Shown: positions 41,484 through 48,156 of the stretch, one piece after another | Position numbering within the stretch: position 1 is the stretch's first letter | Layout of the letters: every line of letters starts with the position of its first letter | DNA from: Gammaproteobacteria bacterium | GTDB lineage: Bacteria; Pseudomonadota; Gammaproteobacteria; GCA-001735895 | Direction of reading: 5' to 3' | Assembly: GCA_024763505.1 (NCBI GenBank) | Contig: JANTFI010000005.1 | Location: 1-48,156, forward strand | Length of the DNA stretch: 48,156 bases | Notes under the pieces: model-generated | Seen by the model: the letters and a program-made list of their open reading frames with translations, nothing else | Told to the model about the DNA's origin: nothing | The model's database searches: none | Program-made: the position numbers and the translations under genes

Positions 41484-42788
41484 ATGTCTTTCAACACTGC
41501 CCTTAGTGGCCTGCAGGCTGCTTCTATCGACCTGAGTACTACCAGTAACAATATCGCCAATGTGGCGACCACCGGCTTCAAATATTCGCGTGCCGAGTTT
41601 GGTGATATCTTTGCGGTGTCGCCTTTTGGAAACTCTCCGACCGCAGTCGGAAATGGTGTGCAGGTCGATAATGTCAGCCAGCAATTTTCACAAGGCAATC
41701 TGCGCTTTACCGATGCCAGTCTCGATATGGCGATCAGCGGGCAAGGTTATTTTGTGGTCAGTCAGGACCCCAATGCAACGAATCTGGTGTATTCGCGCGC
41801 CGGTGAATTCCGTGTCAATTCGGAAGGTTATATCGTCAATAACGATAGCCAGTATCTACAAACCTTTCCTGTCGACCAAAATGGGAATGTGACTTCCACC
41901 AGCCTCAACACCACGGTTCCACTGCAATTACCGGCATCCACCGGGGCGCCTCAATCGACCACCGAAATCGAAATCGGCGTTAATCTTTCGGCTAGTTCAA
42001 TTACGCTCGATCCGACTTTGTTCGATCCGGCGCAAAGCACGACTTACACCAATTCAACGTCTTCCACGGTGTATGACTCGCTCGGTGAGTCGCATGTCAT
42101 GACCTATTATTTTGTCAAGGATCAGGCCGCTGCCAACCAGTGGCAGGTTTTTACCTATCTGGATGGCAATCCGGTCGATGTCGCGGGCGGAAACTCGATT
42201 ACCCATCCCAATGGAACGCCTCCGGTGCCGACCGCGCAACTGGCTGCCCAGCTTAATTTCCAGGCGGATGGTACTTTTTCCAGCTCGACGCCAGATCCGC
42301 TGGTCAGCGCTTCGATTCCGTTGTCCAACGGCGCCAACAATCTGTTGATCACGCATGACTTTGCCAACAATACCACGACCCAGTACTCGGCCAATTTCTC
42401 GGTCAATACGCTCAACCCGAATGGCTTTGCAACCGGGCGGTTGACCGGACTGGATGTCTCGGAAGAAGGCCTGGTGCGCTCGACTTACACCAATGGTGTA
42501 TCGATTCCGCTGGGCAAGATCGCACTGGCCGATTTCCCCAACAGCCAGGGTCTGGCCAATGTCGGTAGTGCGGCCTGGACCGAAACCATTGATTCCGGCC
42601 CGGTCACCACCGGCGAAGCGGGCAGCGGCCGTTTCGGGTTGATCCAGTCCGGTGCGCTGGAAGCCTCAAATGTCGATTTGACCCAGCAACTGGTCAACCT
42701 GATTACCGCGCAGCGTAATTTTCAGGCCAACGCGCGCTCGATCGAGACCGCCAATACGCTGACCCAGACCATCATTCAGATTCGTTAG
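41484..42788 (+). CDS. flgE: Flagellar hook protein FlgE
   Basis: SFNTALSGL, NNIANVATTGFK, LEASNVDL, QRNFQANA. Confidence 0.96.
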   Translation: MSFNTALSGLQAASIDLSTTSNNIANVATTGFKYSRAEFGDIFAVSPFGNSPTAVGNGVQVDNVSQQFSQGNLRFTDASLDMAISGQGYFVVSQDPNATNLVYSRAGEFRVNSEGYIVNNDSQYLQTFPVDQNGNVTSTSLNTTVPLQLPASTGAPQSTTEIEIGVNLSASSITLDPTLFDPAQSTTYTNSTSSTVYDSLGESHVMTYYFVKDQAAANQWQVFTYLDGNPVDVAGGNSITHPNGTPPVPTAQLAAQLNFQADGTFSSSTPDPLVSASIPLSNGANNLLITHDFANNTTTQYSANFSVNTLNPNGFATGRLTGLDVSEEGLVRSTYTNGVSIPLGKIALADFPNSQGLANVGSAAWTETIDSGPVTTGEAGSGRFGLIQSGALEASNVDLTQQLVNLITAQRNFQANARSIETANTLTQTIIQIR

Positions 42789-42810
42789 GGTTCAACACAG
42801 GTAAGCGGAC

Positions 42811-43551
42811 ATGGATCGATTTCTCTACATTGCAATGAATGGTGCCAGTAATGCACTGCGCGCCCAGCAAACCAACGCCAACAATCTGTCCAACGTCAAC
42901 ACGGTCGGGTTCAAGGCTCAGATGGATCGCTTTCAGTCGCAGCCGGTGTATGGTCCGGGGCATGCCACCCGCGCCTATGCCAGCAACCGTCAAACCGGCG
43001 ATGATTTCAAGCATGGTCCGGTGATGACCACGGGCCGAGAACTGGATGTCGCGATTAATGGCGATGGCTGGTTTGCCATTCAGGCCAATGATGGAAGCAC
43101 GGCGTATTCCCGGCGTGGCGATTTTCGCACCGACCCGACCGGTTTGTTGCTCAATGGCGCCAATCAGATCGTGCAGGGCGAGGGCGGGCCGATCACGATT
43201 CCCGATTTCGAAAGCCTGGTGATCGGCCGTGATGGCACCATCAGTATCCGTGCCAAGGGACAGGCGGCCAATACGCTGGTGGTGGTGGATCGAATCAAAA
43301 TGGTTAAACCGAATGCAGCCGATTTGCAACGCGGAGAAGATGGCCTGTTCCGAATGCGCGACGGCAATGAAGCCCCACTCGATGCCAGCGTGACCCTGAC
43401 CAATGGCGCGCTCGAAGCCAGTAATGTGAATACCGTAGATGCAATGGTTAAGATGATGGAATACGCGCGCTTTTACGAAACTCAGGTCAAACTGATGAAA
43501 GTAGCGGAAGACAATGATGCTTCCAGCGCGCGATTGATGAGAATGAGTTAA
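42811..43551 (+). CDS. flgF: Flagellar basal-body rod protein FlgF
   Basis: MDRFLYIAMNGA, TGRELDVAING, LEASNVN.V.AMV.M. Confidence 0.95.
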   Translation: MDRFLYIAMNGASNALRAQQTNANNLSNVNTVGFKAQMDRFQSQPVYGPGHATRAYASNRQTGDDFKHGPVMTTGRELDVAINGDGWFAIQANDGSTAYSRRGDFRTDPTGLLLNGANQIVQGEGGPITIPDFESLVIGRDGTISIRAKGQAANTLVVVDRIKMVKPNAADLQRGEDGLFRMRDGNEAPLDASVTLTNGALEASNVNTVDAMVKMMEYARFYETQVKLMKVAEDNDASSARLMRMS

Positions 43552-43578
43552 TTCAGTCGTTCGTAACCGGGTTCCTTC

Positions 43579-43650
43579 AGACCGGGAGGGTAGCAACACA
43601 TGATTTGGCACGGGCGTACTGGATCAGCCGCTGACTTCCCGGTCTTTTTT
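43579..43650 (+). terminator. Long irregular hairpin with U-tract after flgF
   Basis: AGACCGGGAGG pairs with CTTCCCGGTCT, followed by a T run; inner pairs TAGC/GCTG and TGATTT/GGATCA. Confidence 0.55.
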
Positions 43651-43931
43651 ATTCTTGAATTGCTGGCACTCGATAATATCCAGACATCTCGACCACTTTT
43701 GGCATTATCAGATTCTCCTTTAGTTTTACATGACTGCCAGCATTGTCGTTGATTCAGATCCGGTCTTTAATTAGAGAAATTCTAAGTCTCTAGTTTTCTA
43801 CAGCCTAAAAAACCCCTGCATCCACAGATCCCGTTATGTAAATTTACCAGAGTTATGCTACCGGTGGATTACCCGCCCGGCATTGCAGAAATTGCAAGCC
43901 GGCACTGAATTTCAGAATCAAAGAAAATATT

Positions 43932-44744
43932 TCAGAAAACCGAAGCGCTTAACTCGTTGACGGCGGCCAGCATTTCGCTGTCATCGGTCAGCGCCTGGGC
44001 TATGCCGCTGGCACAGGCGCTGACCGGATCGACGCCGCTGTTGATTAATTTTCCGGCATGCACCAGCAAGCGCGTGCTGGCACCTTCGTCCAGCCCGCTG
44101 CCTTTCAAGTTGCGGGTGAGGCGGGCAAATTTGACCAGTTGGCGAGCGACATCGCTGTCCAGCCCGGCTTCGGTCTCGACGATTTTCTGCTCGATTTCCG
44201 CGTCTGGATAATCGAACTCCAGTGAGATAAAACGCTGTCGGGTACTCTGTTTCAAATCCTTCAATACTGATTGATAGCCGGGGTTATAGGAAATTGCCAT
44301 ACAAAATTCATCCGGCGCTTCGATCAGTTCACCCAGTTTTTCCATCGGCAATACTCGCCGGTCGTCTGCCAGCGGGTGGATCACCACGGTGGTGTCGCTG
44401 CGCGCTTCGACGATTTCATCGAGATAACAGATGGCCCCGGCACGCACCGCGGCGGCCAGCGGGCCATCGACCCACACGGTCTGGTTATCGGTAATCAAAT
44501 AGCGCCCGATCAAATCCGATGCGGTCAAGTCATCGTGGCAGGAAACCGTGATCAGCGGCCGTTTCAAACGCCAGGCCATGTGTTCCATGAAACGCGTTTT
44601 GCCGCAGCCGGTCGGTCCCTTCAGTGATACGCCGAGTTTGTTTCGATAAGCCGCTTCGAAGATTTCGATCTCATTGGCGACCGGTTCGTAGTACGGCTCT
44701 TCGGTGATGATGTTTTCGCTCGGTTTCAGGGTTTTGGCCTGCAT
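43932..44744 (-). CDS. CbbQ/NirQ/NorQ-family AAA+ ATPase
   Basis: [58 protein letters not shown]. Confidence 0.92.
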   Translation of the reverse strand: MQAKTLKPSENIITEEPYYEPVANEIEIFEAAYRNKLGVSLKGPTGCGKTRFMEHMAWRLKRPLITVSCHDDLTASDLIGRYLITDNQTVWVDGPLAAAVRAGAICYLDEIVEARSDTTVVIHPLADDRRVLPMEKLGELIEAPDEFCMAISYNPGYQSVLKDLKQSTRQRFISLEFDYPDAEIEQKIVETEAGLDSDVARQLVKFARLTRNLKGSGLDEGASTRLLVHAGKLINSGVDPVSACASGIAQALTDDSEMLAAVNELSASVF

Positions 44745-44890
44745 CTGGTTTCTCTTGAGTTTCGTGGGGGGTAGACGGTACAAATTTCCTGCAGTGCTTG
44801 CAAGCGGGCAGGGTGGATGAATGTTCGGGCAGTTTATTGTTATACTGATTCCGTGAAATCTAAATCACGACTATCAGCAAGGTTAAACCC

Positions 44891-45427
44891 ATGAGCGATC
44901 TGGCGTACAGCGAAAAATATACCCGCAAGGATCACCGGCAGTGGTCCGGGGATTGGGAATTGATCCACGGCGATGCCTATGCCATGTCGCCATCGCCGGC
45001 ATTTATCCACCAGTACATCAGTTTGAGAATTGCGCGCCAACTCGACGAACAACTTGAACATTTTCCACAGTGCCACGCGGTCATTGAAACCGATGTCACA
45101 CTGTCGGAAGACACAGTGGTGCGCCCCGACAGCATGGTTATCTGCTACGAGCCAGACGAAGTTCTCAACCGCGCGCCCGAGCTGGTCTTCGAAGTGGTTT
45201 CGCCAACCTCCGCGCGGCGCGATGAAATTCTCAAATTCGACCTTTATCAGACCGAAGGGGTGAAGTATTACGCGATCGTGTATCCGGACAGCCACAAGGC
45301 CAAACTGTTTGAGCTGGTAGAAGGAAAGTATCGCAAGATCGCTGATTTCTCTGATGAAACAGTGAAGTTCGGCTTATCGGCCTGCACCCTGTCATTTGAC
45401 TTCAGTTTCATCTGGCGCAGGAAGTAA
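44891..45427 (+). CDS. Uma2-family (PD-(D/E)XK) endonuclease-like protein
   Basis: WELIHG..YAMSPSP..IHQ, VRPD, PELVFEVVSPT, K..LY...GV..Y.IV.P. Confidence 0.88.
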   Translation: MSDLAYSEKYTRKDHRQWSGDWELIHGDAYAMSPSPAFIHQYISLRIARQLDEQLEHFPQCHAVIETDVTLSEDTVVRPDSMVICYEPDEVLNRAPELVFEVVSPTSARRDEILKFDLYQTEGVKYYAIVYPDSHKAKLFELVEGKYRKIADFSDETVKFGLSACTLSFDFSFIWRRK

Positions 45428-45818
45428 ATGCGGGATGACCAATCGCGGTCTATCAAGTGAGCTCTGATCAAACCGTCTGCCGTTGGCTGAAACGGTCGAA
45501 CGCTTCTAGCATGATTGGTTCGGTAAACCATGAATCGCCTGCCTCCCTCTATCCCGTAAGTGATAGATTGCCTTCCCCGGTTGTGACCGGATTATGCGCA
45601 ATTCTTGAAAAGTCTTCCAAATCAAGAGTTTGCAATTGAAAGACTAGTATTGAGCTGAACTGGTATCAAAACTATTTATACGCAATAGATATTTTTATTA
45701 ACACATAAAAAATGGTAACTGGAACTCAACGGTTATTCAGCGTATCTTTCGCAGGATTTAATTTTAAGTGGCTCATTGCGAGCCCGAAACGACTGGCGAT
45801 CCTGCCGGAGGATGCACT

Positions 45819-47111
45819 ATGACTGATGTGGTAGCTACCAACCAGACGATACTCGTGGTTGGCGCAGGTATCAGCGGAATTACCGCGGCTGTGGAAGCAG
45901 CTGAAACCGGTAAGAGCGTGGTACTTGTCGAGAAACGCCCGTATATGGGCGGTCGAATTTCCCAGCTTTATAAATACTTTCCGAAGCTTTGTTTTCCGAC
46001 CTGTGGTCTGGAGATCAACCAGCGCCGCCTCAGTGCCCAGCCCGGTATCACCGTATTGACCATGGCAGAAGTTACCAACGTGACGGGTACGGAAGGCGAT
46101 TACACCGCCAGCGTGAAAATCTCTCCTCGTTACGTCAATGAAAACTGCACCTCTTGCGGCGCTTGCTCGGATGCGGTTGAAACCGAGTTTGATAACGAAC
46201 ATAACTACGGTCTTAACAAACGCAAGGGTGCCTACCTGCCTTACAACATGGCCAAGCCATCACGCTATGTAATTGACCCGCGCATTATTGGCACTGACGA
46301 TGCCGAAAAAGCCAAGGCAGCCTGTAAATACGATGCGATCGATCTCGACATGCAGGAAGAAACCATCGATTTCAAAGCCGGTGCCATTATCTGGGCGACT
46401 GGCTGGCAGCCTTACGATGCCAACAAGATTCAGCCTTATGGCTATGATCGGTACAAGAATGTCATCACCAGCGTCGAATTCGAACGCATGATGGACAAGC
46501 TGGGTCCCACCGGCGGCAAGATTCTGCGTCCATCCGATGGCAAGGAAGCGAAAGATATCGCTTTCATCCAGTGTGCCGGTTCACGTGATCGTAATCACCT
46601 CAAGCATTGTTCACGCATCTGCTGCATGGCTTCGCTCAAGCAAAGCACCTATATCACCGAGCAATACGGTACCGATGATGAAGAGGCCAAAGGCACCATT
46701 TATTACATCGATATCCGCTCGATCGATCGTTTTGAAGACTTCTATCAAAAGGTTCAGGACGATCCGAAGATTTCCTTCATCAAATCCAAAGTGGCCAACA
46801 TCATTCAGGACAAGGAAGAAAATCCGGTCCTCAAGGGCGTGGACACCGAAGGCTATCATCGCTACGAAAACAAGCACGATCTGGTGGTGCTGGCGATTGG
46901 TATGGAACCGAGTGTCAACAAAGACACCTTCCCGGTCGAAGTGGTGGTCAATGAACATGGCTTCATCGAAGCTGACGAATCCAATGGCGGTATCTTTGCA
47001 GCCGGTTGCGCCTCGGACGCACTGGATGTAAACCGCGCAGTACAAAGTGCAACAGCAGCTGCGCTCAGAGCGATTCAGGTTGTCAACAAAGCAGCTGGAG
47101 CGGAGGCATAA
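45819..47111 (+). CDS. qmoA: HdrA-like flavoprotein QmoA
   Basis: FAD motif VVGAGISG, KYFPKLCFPTCGLE, CTSCGAC, IQCAGSRD...CSRICC; GGAGG RBS; followed by a qmoB-like gene. Confidence 0.8.
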   Translation: MTDVVATNQTILVVGAGISGITAAVEAAETGKSVVLVEKRPYMGGRISQLYKYFPKLCFPTCGLEINQRRLSAQPGITVLTMAEVTNVTGTEGDYTASVKISPRYVNENCTSCGACSDAVETEFDNEHNYGLNKRKGAYLPYNMAKPSRYVIDPRIIGTDDAEKAKAACKYDAIDLDMQEETIDFKAGAIIWATGWQPYDANKIQPYGYDRYKNVITSVEFERMMDKLGPTGGKILRPSDGKEAKDIAFIQCAGSRDRNHLKHCSRICCMASLKQSTYITEQYGTDDEEAKGTIYYIDIRSIDRFEDFYQKVQDDPKISFIKSKVANIIQDKEENPVLKGVDTEGYHRYENKHDLVVLAIGMEPSVNKDTFPVEVVVNEHGFIEADESNGGIFAAGCASDALDVNRAVQSATAAALRAIQVVNKAAGAEA

Positions 47112-47112
47112 A

Positions 47113-48156
47113 ATGGCAGATGAAATGAAAATAGGTGCTTATGTTTGCAGTGGTTGCGGCATTGGCGACCGGCTGGATGTCAGCCAACTCGAAATGACAG
47201 CGACCCGCGACGGCAAGGCCAAATTCTGTAAATCCCACGAATTCCTATGCTCCAAGGCCGGCGTGGAAATGATCCAGAAAGACATCGATGATGGCGAAGC
47301 CAATCACATCGTGATCGGCGCCTGTTCACGTCGCGCCAAGATCGAAGCCTTCCGTTTCGATAATGTGACCCTGTCTCGTGCCAATCTGCGTGAAGGCGTG
47401 ATCTGGATTCGTCCGGACAACGACGAAGCGCAGGAAACCACGCAGGAAATGGCGGACGATTACATCCGCATGGCTTGTGCCGAATCCAAGCATATGCGAA
47501 TTCCGCATGCTTCCGGTGAGCAGGAACTGAATAAAGACGTACTGGTCGTCGGTGGTGGTATTACCGGCATGACTTCGGCTCTGGAAACCGCCAAGGCCGG
47601 TTACCACGTCGAACTGGTCGAGAAATCCGGCGCGCTGGGCGGCTGGATGTCGGAATTACACAAGTGTTTGCCGACTCGTTCACCGTATGCCGAGCCGCAG
47701 GAAACCGGCATCGATGCCCTCATCGAAGAGGTGACCAACCACGATAACATCAAGGTTTATCTGAATTCCACCATCGCCAAAACCGAAGGCGCGCCGGGTC
47801 GTTTCAAGGTCGAGATTGCAACCGAGTCCGGCACCAGCAACGAAGTCGAGGTCGGTGCGATTGTGCAGGCTACCGGATACAAGGTTTATGATCCTTCTGT
47901 GTTACCGGAATTCGCTTACGAAAAAAGTGCCGACATCATCACCAACATGGAAATGGAAGCACTGGCCAGGGCCGCAGAAGGCGGACATCCGATCAAGCGT
48001 CCTTCTGACGGTAAAGAAGTTCAGTCAGTGATCTTCATCCAGAACGTCGGGCAGAATTCCACCGAAGAAAACCATCTGCCGTACCACTCCGGTATCGGCG
48101 ATATGGTGTCAATCAAGCAATCGCTGTATTTCAAGCATCACAACGGTGATGACTGT
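47113..48156 (+). CDS. qmoB: HdrA-like QmoB, 3' truncated by the window end (absent from the supplied ORF track)
   Basis: Manual translation: MADEMKIGAYVCSGCGIG...HEFLCS...GACSRR...RANLREG...VLVVGGGITGMTSALE..AGY.VELVEK...LGGW; I saw no stop before the window end. Confidence 0.8.
   Translation, partial: MADEMKIGAYVCSGCGIGDRLDVSQLEMTATRDGKAKFCKSHEFLCSKAGVEMIQKDIDDGEANHIVIGACSRRAKIEAFRFDNVTLSRANLREGVIWIRPDNDEAQETTQEMADDYIRMACAESKHMRIPHASGEQELNKDVLVVGGGITGMTSALETAKAGYHVELVEKSGALGGWMSELHKCLPTRSPYAEPQETGIDALIEEVTNHDNIKVYLNSTIAKTEGAPGRFKVEIATESGTSNEVEVGAIVQATGYKVYDPSVLPEFAYEKSADIITNMEMEALARAAEGGHPIKRPSDGKEVQSVIFIQNVGQNSTEENHLPYHSGIGDMVSIKQSLYFKHHNGDDC

Noticed and set aside
42772-43611. Long antisense ORFs (279 aa opposite flgF, and others opposite glgB, glgP, flgD and the cyclase)
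   Set aside because: Shadow ORFs of well-supported genes, with no motifs.
43605-43620. TTGGCACGGGCGTAC as a sigma54 promoter
   Set aside because: The -12 GC is absent at the required spacing and no co-oriented gene follows.
43600-43752. 50 aa ORF (MIWHGRTG...) after flgF with a GGAGG-like RBS, faintly like a FlgG N-terminus
   Set aside because: Similarity is only a few residues, the NNLAN motif is missing, and the ORF runs through a terminator-like hairpin; a tBLASTn with FlgG would settle it.
47990-48156. Loss of the HdrA-type Cys cluster in the second HdrA-like gene (IQNVGQ...YHSGIG)
   Set aside because: As I recall, this degeneration is normal for QmoB, so it is not a sign of pseudogenisation.

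Overview
A 48 kb chromosomal segment, most likely from a motile, facultatively anaerobic sulfur-oxidising gammaproteobacterium (inferred from qmoAB-like, soxW-like and cbbQ-like genes and a sigma54/sigma28 flagellar cascade). In order: trmJ (5' truncated); a three-gene minus-strand operon encoding a LolA-like protein, an MMPL/RND transporter fused to a cyclic-nucleotide-binding domain, and a class III cyclase-STAND ATPase-TPR protein; a solitary CbiM-like membrane protein; ppdK preceded by FNR boxes, with a small Cys-rich gene behind it; a glycogen cluster (glgA, glgB, glgC, GH57, malQ, glgP, pgm) containing an alpha/beta hydrolase and a ~780 bp non-coding, highly structured gap; a DSF quorum-sensing locus (rpfG, rpfC, rpfF); thpR; soxW-like; a CheC-like gene with a PAS-GGDEF-EAL gene; flgN, flgM, flgA, cheV and flgBCDEF, ending at flgF; cbbQ-like; Uma2; qmoA and qmoB (3' truncated). 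The best novelty candidates are (1) the cyclase plus cNMP-binding MMPL exporter operon, a possible self-contained cyclic-nucleotide-controlled export system, and (2) a candidate ~500 nt structured ncRNA inside the glycogen cluster. I saw no rRNA, tRNA, CRISPR array or IS element. All calls come from motif recognition by eye, with no database searches.
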